Positions 11,001-23,983 of a stretch of DNA of 64,000 nucleotides are shown piece by piece. The number at the start of each line of letters is the position of its first letter. The stretch's first letter is position 1. The notes below the pieces were generated by a model, which saw nothing but the letters and a program-made list of their open reading frames with translations, did not search any database and was not told the origin of the DNA. Source of the DNA: Schmidtea nova (lineage: Eukaryota); the NCBI GenBank assembly GCA_044892505.1, contig CM097882.1, positions 558,868,001 to 558,932,000 on the forward strand, in the 5' to 3' direction. The position numbers were made by a program, and so were the translations under genes.

Positions 11001-12147
11001 AAAAAAAATTTTTATTTATTTTCATAATTTAATTTAGTTTACCAATTTCAATGAGATTTTTCCTGAATTATTTTGGGAATTTGTGGCTCGTGATAATGAT
11101 AATGACAACAGAAAAAACTAAGCTACTAATCATGAAAATACTTTAATAATATAAAATTTACCATAATAAATAAAATAACAAATAACATATTAAATAAAAG
11201 GGGGGGGGAATGGGATGATCGTCAGGCATGATGGACGACCATTCCAATCCCCAATGAAAATAACCAAAATCAAACAAATCCTTACGTTTGTCCAATTAAC
11301 TTCTGCTGCGATTTCTTTCTAACAAAATAATTTTTTCTTAGAAATTTGGAACGATTTTTCCACAAATTTTCTTGAAATCAACTTCTGATAGTAACTTCTT
11401 GAAATCAAATTCTGATATTAACTTTTCTTCTTGCAATCAAATTCTCAAGTTAGGTTTCACAAAAATTATTTTTCGCAATTCCTCCGCAAATTAACAAGAA
11501 AAATTTTCCACAAAAACTCTGAAATCTGCCATTTTGATGGCGGTATATATACCATCAAATTTTCCCTATCTCCGGTAGTGCAATAAAACAAATTGTTCTA
11601 GAATTTTCTCTTAATTTTTTCTAAATTAATTCCAATGATTTTTCGAAAGTTAATTCCATATTTTTGTATAATAATTTTTTATAAACTATAAATAATTTAT
11701 TTTAATTAAAAATTTTATGTTTGAATCGAAATTTGTTCGATTTGATTTAATTTATGATTTTCGATCCATATTAATTCTTTCTATTGTTATATGTGAAATT
11801 TTGTGATAAATTCACAATTTTCCTCTAGAATTGTGTTAATTTTTCTGCACTTGAAGGTTTATGACAAAATTCTGTTCTTTATGGGCATTCTCCATGGGTT
11901 TTTTGCCTATTCTAGCTTCCAAACATTCTGCTTTTAATTTTTCTCGCGATTTCAGTGAAAATATTTACAAATTCGCAGTTAGCGCGTACTCTACCGGTTG
12001 CTGTGTTTTGATTCATCTTCACCTTTTGATGTTTTCCGCTTAATTGTTAGATTTTTAATGGCAGCTAAGGCTAAAAATGGAATCTTGCGCGTTCTCTACC
12101 TATTGGGTTATCGTTTTATTAAAACAAATATGCGTTTTGGCCCAACA
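8043..12147 (-). mobile_element. modular repeat family, copy A (blocks X, spliced mini-gene, GT-rich block, Q, R, P, spacer, terminal module)
   Basis: Blocks align by eye with 12150-15384, 16370-19169 and 42250-45150. Homology ends at ...TTTTGGCCCAACA (12147). Confidence 0.7.
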
Positions 12148-12149
12148 AA

Positions 12150-15100
12150 TAAATAAATAAATTTTTTGCTTCCGTACCATCTGAAGCCTGTTTCTGGCCT
12201 TGTGCCGAGCGGGTGGAAGTAGCCTGAGCGGATCGCTGGTTCGATTCGTAATCGATCAGCCCATATTTCCGAGTCCAGGTGAATAGCCCAAACATCCATG
12301 ATCACTTCATCCCAACTGGGGAACAGTGGCTTGGCCAAGGGCAAGTTGTTATATTAATGATATTTGATTTATAATAATGTAGTTTATCTGAATTTATAAT
12401 TCTAACATATTCATAATTAAAGATTGATACAATATATAAACGTAAAGATGATTTTCTCCAGTAATGTCTTTTCCATTATGAAAAATAATTTGTGCAAGAA
12501 TATTTTACTCGTCGTTCACCTTCACTCTCACAACAACTGTCATCTTATCGTAAAACGCAAGTAAATGGAAGCTAATATTGAAAAGAGAATCGTTTGAAAT
12601 AATGCTCAAAGATGATATAATAATTACGAAATGAAATGAATTATTAAGACAAGTATTGATTGATCTGAATTGAACCTCATTCAACATCTAAATATGTTTC
12701 TCCAGTGAACCTTGTTTTCGGGAGCCTGAAGTTCCTTAGAGTGAAGTGTCCCGAAAAATTCGCGCGCACTTTGGTTGGGAAATTCATGCTCGAACGAAAC
12801 CGAAATTCTCTTTACTTGATGTTAAAAAATATTCTTTGAAGAATTTATACTTATTCTATTTTCATTTTTATTTAGTATATAAAAAACTTTTTAGATTAAA
12901 TTCCTATTTGGATTGCGAAATTTGTGGATAAAAGTTTATTATTTCGTTTTGATATAAAAATAAAAATTTACTTTTATTATATTGCAAAAATTTCATAATA
13001 AAAAAATTGAGAACCAAAAAAATTTTTTTTTTCAAAGAATTTGTAAATCAAAAATTATATCGAACCCCATAAAAATCACCAATCGAAGACATTGTTATTA
13101 TATAAAAGATTTTGTCATTTTATAAAATTCCTAAGAATTTATAAATCAAAACTTATATTGAAACTCATAAAAATTATAAATCGAAAATATTATTATTATA
13201 TTAAAAATTTTATCATTTTATAAAATCCAAAATTTCGAAATTTTATAGAAAAAAATTTACAATTAATATATATATTCTTAAAATATAAAAGTTGAATTCA
13301 AAAATGTATATTATAAAAATTAGAATTTTTATTATTATATAACTTTCATAAAATTATAAATTTAAAATTTATAGAAAGTATTATAAAAATTATTATTATT
13401 TCAATTCTAAAGAATATTTTATATAATAGTATATTATAACTACCCCACGATATCACAAAATCATAATACATCAATATTTGCAAAAACTTACACCCATTTC
13501 ATTCATTAGTAACACCCATATATAATACCTTAGAAAAATTCATTCAAACATCAACACACATACTATATCGTTTTACTCAATAGTACCTAACTGCATCAAA
13601 ACCCATAAAATACACACCCAAAAATTCATTTGATAACGCGTGTCTGCATCACACATCCAGAAAAACCATACAAAAATTTCATTCACTTGCATCTATCATT
13701 CAACCATACCATCTATAAAATTAAATATACCCAGCCAAACCTAGTGCAATCAAACAAGCCATTTACATTATAGTCTTTCTAATTTTCAAATTACCAAAAT
13801 TATATAAAAATTAATAAATAATCAAACGAAAAAGAGTAAAAACGAAAAAATTTTCTAAAAATTTATTGATCAAAATTGACGGTCATTCCGTTTGAGGAAT
13901 AAAAATCTCCGACAAGGATTTTTCTTGTTTGCGGTTCTGGAGGGACCGGGTTCCTCGTATTCTTTTTAGGAATTTTTCTAAATTCGTTTTAAATAAATTA
14001 TAAGTCCAAAATAATCATAATTTTACCTTGTCGACAAAGTTGGCAATTTTGCTTCGTAGAAGCTGGAATTCCAGTTTTTTGACCCATTTTGGATGGGAGA
14101 ATTTTTCTCTGACCTCATAGCTGCTTGGGATATCCATCTTTTGTTGGTCTGATCTTTAAAAATCATTATTTAATAAATTTAGTAAAATAATTCATAAACT
14201 TACATTTGAAATCAATATGATTTTTGAATTGAGTTAATTTGTCCTTTAGATTAAAGTAGTAATTTTAAACAAAAGGAAACTTTATTTTTATTATTTCTCA
14301 ACTTGATAAAATTACTGTAATAATTAAAGTTTGTCTTAAATTTCAAATGCAGATTAAAATTTTTCTGTAAAAATAAAATATTTTATGTATTAATTATCAT
14401 AAATTGCAATATTGGTGAAATTTAAGGTTTTATTAGTGTTTTTGATGTTCGGAATAATTTATTTGGATGCAATAATAAATTTATAGTTGTGTAGAATGTT
14501 TATGTTGAATTTCCGATAAAATTTTGTTGAATGCTTATAGTTAGATCCTTGAAGAAGGGACAAAATGGGCAAGAAACCTTCTATCGGTAGCCCTTGGACC
14601 CAGAAGATATTCGGTCAATCATAGTTTAGTATTGACGACGCTCACTGATTGCGAATACCCACCCACTTGTTACAGTACCAACGTTAAATAGTGACGGGTA
14701 ACAAGATGGTAATTTCAATGTTTTATGTTTTGAGTTGTTGATGAGAGCCATAATAACGTCAAGGTCATATTGACGATCAACAACCCACCACCTTCACTAG
14801 TGTAGTAAAACAATTTGTTCTAGAATTTTCCTTTTAATAATTTTTTTTAAAATTAATTCTAATGATTTTCCGAAAATTAAATCCATATTTTTGTGTAATA
14901 ATTTTTATAAAACACAAATAATTTATTTTAATTCAAAATATTTATTTTTGAATCGAAATTTATTCGATTTGATTTAATTTACGATATTTCGATCAATATT
15001 AGTTCTTTTTATTGTTAATGTGAAATATTTTGATAAAATCACAATTTTCGGCTAAAATTCTGTTAATTTTTTCTGCATGAAGGTTTTATAACACAATTCC

Positions 15101-15384
15101 GTTTTTTATGGGTATTTTCAATGGGTTTTCCGCCTATACTAACTTCTAAACGTTCTTCTTTTGACGGCATTTGATTTTTCTCGAGGTTTCAATGTAAGGG
15201 CTTTCAGACTCACAGCTAGCGCGTTCTCTACTGGTTGATGTGTCTTGAGTCCACTTCACCTTTTGGTGTTTTCCACTTAATCGCTTGGATTTTTAATGGA
15301 TTTTTGGGTTAAAACTAAATCTTACGCGCTCTCTACCTATGGGGTTATCGCTTTATTAAAACAATTTGTAGTTTTTGCCCAACA
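12150..15384. mobile_element. modular repeat family, copy B (P, R, Q, AC-rich block, mini-gene, X, terminal module)
   Basis: Inverted, diverged counterpart of 8043-10990. Ends ...TTTTTGCCCAACA (15384). Confidence 0.7.
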
Positions 15385-16369
15385 TTATGTTAATTTTAGC
15401 TTTAAAAATTTAATTACGATTAAGAATTTAATACTGTTTTCAGATTTTAGAACAAATTGCAAATTAGGAAATTGAACCTCAAACGTTCCCAGACAATATT
15501 TCGCCGACTACAGGCTCTACAAAGAAAAACTATATAAACCGGTTTCAATATTTGACCATTATTATTGGTTAATTTATGTTATGGGAAAATCAAATCTCAT
15601 AATATAATTATTGATTTCTAAATCTAAATTTAGAAAAGGATTTCCCCCGATTCCCATTTAGTTTATCGGTAAGTTGATTTAATTTTACTCCTATATGATG
15701 CTTCACTTAGAATTTAGATATCAGTTTTGAATGCTATTTGCCCAGAAGAAACTCTCAAGATGGACCGTTCAAAAAAACAGAATGGTAAGTAAACTAAGAT
15801 TTTAAATTATCTAGCTTTTCGTATTTTAACTTTAAAATTGAAGATTCCGTGATTCTCTCGTTGGCATTTATCTCGTCAAATGAAATCGTACAAGTCATTC
15901 TATCGCGATATTTATGACTATCTGGCAAATGATCCTCTCGTTTGGAATTAAAAGAAAAAATTTTGATCAATCTCTGTTATTATGTCAAATTTCGGTTTCT
16001 CCAGTAATATATTGAATTAATGTTGTTTTCATTTTTGTTTCTTGGTCAAGATAATTTTTTTTGTTAATTCTAATTTTTTGTATGAGTTAATTACGCTCCT
16101 ATATTAAATATTAATTTTGTGGAATAACCATCTACGTAATAAATGTTCTGAGTTACGCTATACTCGGTAGATTTTTGTCATGGCAATACACTTCCCGAAT
16201 TTAATATACCATTTTGGCAGCATTTGAGTAAATAGCAAACTTATAAGATTTAGAGTTTTATTTATAATATTATGATGATATAACCCAAAAAAATAGATTA
16301 GCAACAAAAATAGTAATTTACTAATGGAATCATAACTATAGGAAGTTACCTGTTGCGAATTTGTAAATC

Positions 16370-19169
16370 GAATATCTTATTAGAGATGTAATGACGAGTT
16401 TGATACTGTGAGGATTGCATGCATGGGATGAGAACGAGTAGAATGGGTGGTTTAATGATGAATGTGGATGAATGAATTTCTCGAGTAGATTTTATGGATG
16501 TATGATGCAGATAGGTACTATTGAGTGAAATGATATAGTATATGTGTTGATGTTTGAATAAATTTTTATATGGTATTATATATGGATGTTACCAATGAAT
16601 GAAATGGATGTTGTGATTTGCAAAGAGGAATTTAATGGTTAATTTAAGCTGATTTTCACGAAATAAATTATGGATTTTAGAATTATATAAATGTGCAGAT
16701 GTATTGTTAAAATTCTTATAAATTTTTTGTAATTTATTAAAAATTAATTTTCCGATTTTTAGAGAAATATTTTATGATATTTAAAATTTTGATTTTGATT
16801 TTTACATTTTAGTTTTAAAGTCTATAATACACAAATTTTAATGATAAATTAATGATATAAAAATTTACAATGAAATCCTGAAATAAAAATAATTCCATAA
16901 AATTTTATAAAATAATAAAATTCCTCAATAGCCAGTTTTTTTTAACAAAAGAGAAATTCTTGCAAACTTCTTGAAATTAATTTTTCGACTTTGAATTTTA
17001 TATAATATTCAACATTTTCTACGTTCATCTTCTACAATTTAAATTCTAAATTTTATAATGCGAAATCTTTAATGATAAATTCAACACATAAAATTTATAA
17101 TGAAATTCCAAAATAAAATAATTCAATAAAATTTATAAAATAATAAAATTTTCTAAATAACAAAATTTTTCTTTCATCAAAATTAACTCCAATTCTAATA
17201 CCTTTTGGGTAATAATATTTTGAAGATAGGATCTTTACTAGCTAGATTTCGTTCGTATGCGAATTCTTCAAGCAAAGTGCACTCAAATTTTCCATTACAC
17301 TTCGCTTGAAGGCTTCGAATAACCAAAATTAAGTTTAGGAATAAAATAAATTTTATACTTTTTAAATACTTTCAGATAGAATGAGGTTCAACTGCAAATT
17401 TATTTTTCTTCATATCATCTAAAAAATCTGAGCAATTCTTTACTTTTAAAACTGTGATTTTCAGACGATCTGAGAATTCATTTACGAGCGATACGAAAAG
17501 ACATTTATTAGAGCGAAGGCAAAATGACGAGGATCGCATGTTTTCTAGCATCTTTTGGCATTTCCACATTTTGTATATTTATAAGTCAGATTTTCATATA
17601 TAAAAAAAATAGTTACAGTGTTATAATAATAATAACTTTACTTTGAACAAAACATTGCGCTTGGCCAAACCACTACTCCTCATATAGCCAAGCATGAGAT
17701 GAAGCGAGATTGAATTTGTGCACCCACTTCGATGAAAAAATGGATCAGAACGCTGAAAGGACTCCAGCGAACTAATGATACACCAAAGCGACTAATGGCG
17801 GTACAACGACTAGGTGGACCACCATTAGACGTATGGAAGAGTCATTAAAACAAAATTTCATAATTTAATGAATAATATAATTTAATTCGAATATTTTAAT
17901 TTAGGTTTGATAGTAATCTATGGGTGAAATGTGCAGGTTTATTCAAAGTGAAATTTAATTTCTTGGCCTAAATTTTATAAAATATGAAATAATAAAAAAA
18001 GTATAAGAATACAAATAAAATAAAATAATAAATAAAGTTTTAATTATTCAGAATTAACTTAAATTAATAGCATAAATCATAAAACATAATTATAATAATA
18101 ATATTAGTAAAGAAAACAAATACCACTTCGGTTTGTGGGGCATGACCACTAAACCAAATATTCAAAAATTACTTTTAATATTCTAAATCTTCCGACGTAA
18201 TTTTGTCAACCGTGCTCGTGTGATCCTCTATGCCAATTAAATCTGTTGCAAACTTGGACCTTTTCCGGATCTTTGTGGTAAAAGGTAAACGTATTCAGGG
18301 GTCTGTTCAGCAATCAAATCAGAAAATTTCTCTTGACGGGATCAATTGGTTCCTGCCTTGACTTTAATAAAATTTTAGGAATGGCAACCGCAGAATTCTC
18401 TCTTCTAAAAATAAGTGTCGAAAATTAAGTGTGAAAATAAGTGTAAAAATAAGTGACAAAATAAGTTGACAGAATAAGTGACGAAATCCATTTTGATGGC
18501 GGTATATATAGCTGTCTAAAATGCTACTTTCGTTGTTGTATTAAAACAAATTGTTCCAGAAGGATTTTTTCGATTCTTGAAAATTAATTTCAATAATTTT
18601 ACGCAAAATTGAATTATTATTTTTGCATAAAATTTTAAATAAATCCTAAATAATTTATTTTTGATCTAAAATTCCATTTTTAAATCAAAATTTTTCCTAA
18701 TTTAATTAATTTGTCATGATTTCTAACTAAAACAATTTTCTTTCATGTTATTCGAATTTTTACACTAAAATTTGAAAATTTCCTCGAAACAAGATGTTTA
18801 TTTTTTCTAGTGTGCTATTCTATTACACAATTGATGTTCTCACGCTATACAGGTGTTTTTCACGTATACACTCAAATCGCTTTTGTTCGTTTCAATTTTT
18901 CAACGTATTTTGACCGATTTTTTCATGTGTTCTACTGCTACTGGGTTGTATTTAGTGTCTTAGTGTCTTAGTGGGTTCATAGAATCTCAAATCTACTTCC
19001 TCGCGCGCTCTCTACATATTAACGCGCTTTTGTTTACCTTAAATTTTGGGCGTGTTTTCACTCAACTACTTGGGTTTTTAATTAATGTTTTGGTTAAAGT
19101 GGAATTTTGCGTGCTCTATACTTGTGGTGTTATTACTTCATTCAAACAATTTGCAGTTTTGGCCCAACA
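16370..19169 (-). mobile_element. modular repeat family, copy C (more diverged)
   Basis: GT-rich block 16380-16620, Q-like 17230-17320, P-like 17655-17835, TATA-hairpin at 18488, terminus ...TTTTGGCCCAACA at 19169. Confidence 0.65.
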
Positions 19170-19977
19170 CTGATTTATCAACTAAATTGACTTTAACTCA
19201 TTTGTTAACTCAAACTATTTCTTCATACAACTATTAAGATCACACATTCATTCAATACATCTCAATTTGGAACGCTTATTTGGCAACAGAAACATTCATT
19301 AAAATTGAAGAAATAAAATGTTCTAAAATTCCTAAATTCAAATATCGTTTTATTGCAATTATTTTTATGCCACTGTTGGGCTGGTAGAAGTGAGGTTCAA
19401 TTTTTGTTTTAGTACGCCAAAAATTAAATACATACAAAAAAAAGAGGAGGAAACTTTGATTACGAAAGACCTGCGTAAAACTTTCATACAAACTAACACA
19501 CACTTTATTTATCGATAATTTGATAACCCCATTTAGTTATATTCTCCATGACATTAACTGATACAATGAAATAAAGAACATAAACGAAGTACATAATTTA
19601 TTTAGAACAAAACATAACAACTGAGTAGGTTATACAAGAGAGCGAACCTTGGAAAGCTGGGTTTTGACTAACATTTGCTGTTTAGCGGACATGACATTGG
19701 AACCACGCTTTGATATGATCCCAATAAGCAAATTTCCGACTGGATCATCAATGCCAAGTCTAAGCACAAAAGTTGTTGAATCGAGTAAGAAATGTCTTTG
19801 TTTTTGTTCAGTATAAATCCTGCAGTAGGGCTAGATAATCAAAGATAAATCCCTCATTGATACCCTTAAGTACACTTGCAGCTAATAATCCCTTAAATTC
19901 ATTGTCTTAAATCGGAGGCGTCAGAGTGGATCATTACGTATTGATTGCCGAACAATTCATCAAAAATATCACTTTAA

Positions 19978-20312
19978 CCTTCCTCAGCTCTTCGGGTCAT
20001 TTTAACCCAAAAATTACGTGTAATTTTACGTGTAATTCTTTTCTAGTAACCGAGGAAGGTTAAGGCCATATATACAAATATTAAATGAGTTTTAGCACAA
20101 GCTAAGCATTTAGAAAATCGAAAATTATCATTGGAGTAAAGGATTTATCAGTTTTCCTAATGTTTCGTCGCTTATAAGACACTTTCTGGAATATTTATAT
20201 TGGTTTTTGGGAGTTTCTAGCGTTTCTTAACCTTCCTCGGTTCCTAGAAAAAAATTACACGTAAAATTACACGTAATTTTTGGGTTAAAATGACCCGAAG
20301 AGCTGAGGAAGG
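19978..20312. mobile_element. piggyBac-type MITE with TTAA target duplication
   Basis: TTAA|CCTTCCTCAGCTCTTCGGGTCA...TGACCCGAAGAGCTGAGGAAGG|TTAA. Long inverted arms of about 100 bp. Confidence 0.85.
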
Positions 20313-20362
20313 TTAAAAAGAAAAAAAATGAATTAAAATCTACCATTAAAAAAAGATGTTAC

Positions 20363-23300
20363 CCAGTTTTAATGCGATGAAATTTTCCCACTCGATAACT
20401 TAGGATATTTGCATACTTTTTCAACTAAAAAATTTAGATAAGGTAAAATAATATTACATTACCAAATTTTGATACTTGTTAAAAAGGAAATCGGCTGCAG
20501 ACTTTTTTTCAAAATTCCAACTTAAAAATAAGTCTATCGACCAATAAATTACACTATAGAAGAAAAGTTTACCATAGTATAATGCAGCCAATCGGATTGC
20601 AAGTATGATACAAATGGGCAAAAAGCCTAGAACTTTTTTTCTCATATAGATTTATATTTATCATAAAATAGGTGTTAGACACAGGAAAATAGTCGAGAGA
20701 ATCGAAATTATTGATGATTACATAATAGGAGGGAAAATATATAGAATAAAAATTAAATATAGAATATAAAATAAAAATAGGGAAAATATATAGATAGACG
20801 AGGCAATATATAATTTTTGGAGGAACAATATCATCAAGTAGTGTAACTCTCCATGGAACACTCCGTTAATATTCCTAGCGAAGAAAGAGAAACAGGATAT
20901 TAGATTGTGTCTAGATTTCAGGCAATTAAACCTAATAGCGGAGAGACAAGCATTTCCAATGCCAAATATAGCAGAGATGTTAGAAAACTTGAACGGAGCA
21001 ACGCAGTTCAGCTCAATTGACTTGAGTAATATGTACTACCAAGTGGAACTAGGCGAAGAATCAAAATAGAAGACTGCGTTTACAACAAAAATTGGATAGT
21101 ATTTTTTCAATAGAATGCCTTCTGGTATCGTAGCTGCACCAGGAACGTTTCAGAAACTTATGTTGAAAGTATTACAGAATTTGGAGTGTATAGCAGTGTA
21201 CCGAGATGATATATTGATATTCACGTATTTAATAAAGCAACACTACGAGGTATTAAAGGAAGTTTTGAAAAGGATAAGGAGTGCAGGGTTGAGGATTAAT
21301 CCATAGAAATGCCACACATTGAAAATTTAGGTTAAGTTTCTTGGGCACATCATTAACAAAGATGGTATCCAGAATAATCATTCTAAGAAAGAAGCAATAA
21401 AATCATTCAACAGACCAAAATGTGTAAAAAACTTAAGAAGTGTTTTGGGAATATGTAATTATTAAAGGAGGTTCATAAAAGAATATGCAGAGAAGTCAAA
21501 GGCACCGGAAGAACTTTGTGGTAAAAACAAGGAGAAAAAACTGGTTTGGGCGGAAAGATGTGAAAGTTCATTTGAGGATATGAAATGCTCGTTAACATTA
21601 TCACCAGTACTAGGGTTCCCAGATTTCAGAAAAGAATTTATTCTGGATACTGATGCAATTCTATCTATCGATCGGTGCAGTTCTATCTCAAGTGGATGAC
21701 AAAGGAAACGAGAAAGTAATAGCTTATGGTTCACACGCAATCAATAACCATAAGAAGAGATACTGCATAACGAGAGAAGAATTACTAGTTATCTACTATT
21801 TCTGTCAACACTTCAACCACTACCTATATGGAAGAAGATTTACATTAAGAACGGACCACAAAGCTATCACATTTATGCTAAAAACAAAGAAACCGAACTG
21901 CTCAATTCCAGGCATGGATAAATCTTTTTAGTAGCTATGATAAATATTGAATATAAAAAGGGCTAAAAACATTCAAACGCTGATATGTTTTCTACGAACG
22001 TGTGTGAAAAATATACACAATGCTTGACGTCATATGAAGATCCCAAAGACAGTAAAATAAAATCTCGAAGGATAAATGCGGTGAGCAGCGATGAAATAAT
22101 TAAGTAGCAAGAGAAAAATGCAGAAATAATAAAGATAAAAGAAGAAATAAATCGCGGTGCGAACTGGAAGTTTGTACTCGATAACAATGTAGTAAAAGCT
22201 AAGGAAGGAAAAACATGGATTCCAAAAGATAATGAGCCCGGAGAGGATATAAATGCGGGAATAGAGAAAAGAGAAAGTAATGACATATTGGATACAATTA
22301 TGACATGAAGAATATGAAGGAGATAATTAGAGAGGCGAATAAACAATGTGAGCCGATTCAAAGGGTAAAAATAGTAACAACAGCAACAAAGGAAGAAACA
22401 ATGAAATTTTCAGCAAGTGAACCGTTCGAGAAAATATACATTGATATATGTAACCCATTACCGGAGACTTCAGAAAGAAAAATTATATTGTGGCAATAAT
22501 TGACCAATTCAGTCGATATAGAGTTCTAACACCGATTTCAAAACAGGACAAAGAGACAATTAAAGAAAAAATCTTGAATAAATAGATACTAAAGTTCGGA
22601 GCAGTGAAGGAGATCCATGTTGATTGCGGGAAAGTATTCGAATTTAGTTCAATCTCAAAGTTGAGAAGAACAATGGGAATAGAGCTTTGTTTTTTGAAAA
22701 GCCCATATAATCACAACACAAACTGTGTCATAGATTGGCAATTTAAAACAATAAGTGATTACATAAATTTATCACTAAAGGATAAAAGGAAAACATACTG
22801 GGCAGAAATTCTCCCAGAGATATAGTTTACAATGAATGCAACGGTACAGAATGCGATTGGGCAAAGTCCAGCAGAACTGATCTTTGGACGTGGATTATCA
22901 ACAAAACGAGAAGAAAGACGATCATAAAAGGAATGCAGAAAGTTACACTAGCAAAGAGATTATTCGACATTGAGGAATATGTACTAATCAATGTAGAATC
23001 CTGGGCTAAAGACAAAGACAGATATGAAAAGGTGTCTCAAGTTGTGCAGAAAATTCATGACCTGTGTTATCTATTACAGGATAAATCGGAAATAACAATA
23101 CAAAGAAATTTCGAAAAAATGAAGAAATTCCTTAAAGAGGTGGGATGTGAGAGGACACGTTTTTAAAGACAATATCGTTATTTTCAAAATTTTAAATATT
23201 CATTTAAATTGTAATATAATTTATGAATATTAAAATATTTGATTAGATTGTTTAAACTAAAAATGTTAAAATTTTAAAATAGCATTTTTTTAAAAATAAT

Positions 23301-23983
23301 TAAATTTGAAAATATCGATTTGTCTTGAGAACAAAAATAATTGTTTATATAATACAGAATTGTTTAGACATAATTTTGGATTGAATAAATTTTCAAATTA
23401 CGAATGACTTCTGATATTTAAATAACTCTTAAGCTGACAATTTTATTGCAGCTAATAGGTATAATCATATTTTATCTTAATTCATAGGACAATTGATAGT
23501 GATGAGATTTACGTTAATTCGTGATACCGACTTTTCAATTTTAGATTAAGTTTTCACCAACAAACAAAAATGACAGGGAAATTAAATGACCGTGAATCTA
23601 TATTCACCTTAAACAATTAACTGTGGGTATATTGCGCAACAAAGTGGGTATTTAGGTAGTGATTGATTTTAGCTAGTTTAAGCCTTGAGTACCATCGATA
23701 TTATTTGAGTAATAATTTAAATTATCACACTTGAATGAGTATATCATCAAACGGAATAGTTTTGTTTCTGGACTTTTAGGAATGTTGTTCAATTTAAGGC
23801 ATAAATACCAAATGAATAAAAATATATTGAGTTCTTAAGTTTAAATTTGGCTCGGGTTTCCAATTAGCCAATTAACTCTTAATTATTTTTTAATTCTTTT
23901 CTTTTGAGAAACTCCAATTAATTTTATTTTACAATTTTTGGAATTGTCTTTCTATTCGGCATACAATTATACTAATTCCCCCG
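20363..23983 (-). pseudogene. possible decayed PIG-Q/GPI1-like gene (GPI-GlcNAc transferase subunit) with a Gypsy insertion in an intron
   Basis: A 55-nt GT-AG intron (23932-23878) joins IERQFQKL|VNWLIGNP, compared with PIG-Q ELQHLLQWLMGAPAG. Downstream exon-like pieces give ALYY|VGILKKSLQPISFLTSI and KKYANILSYRV (cf. GKKWNVLRQRV) in the expected order. Frames are not continuous across all junctions. Confidence 0.35.
20850..23166 (+). pseudogene. decayed Ty3/Gypsy pol (RT - RNase H - integrase)
   Basis: LCLDFRQLN (about 20903), MPSG...YRDDILIF, ILDTD, YCITREELL, FTLRTDHKA, PFEKIYIDIC. Many stops and frameshifts. Confidence 0.9.

Noticed and set aside
15740-15960. Possible two-exon fragment (GTAAGT donor at 15784; ...SRWHLSRQMKSYKSFYRDIYDYLANDPLVWN)
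   Set aside because: In-frame stops and no recognisable family; cannot be distinguished from decayed cargo.
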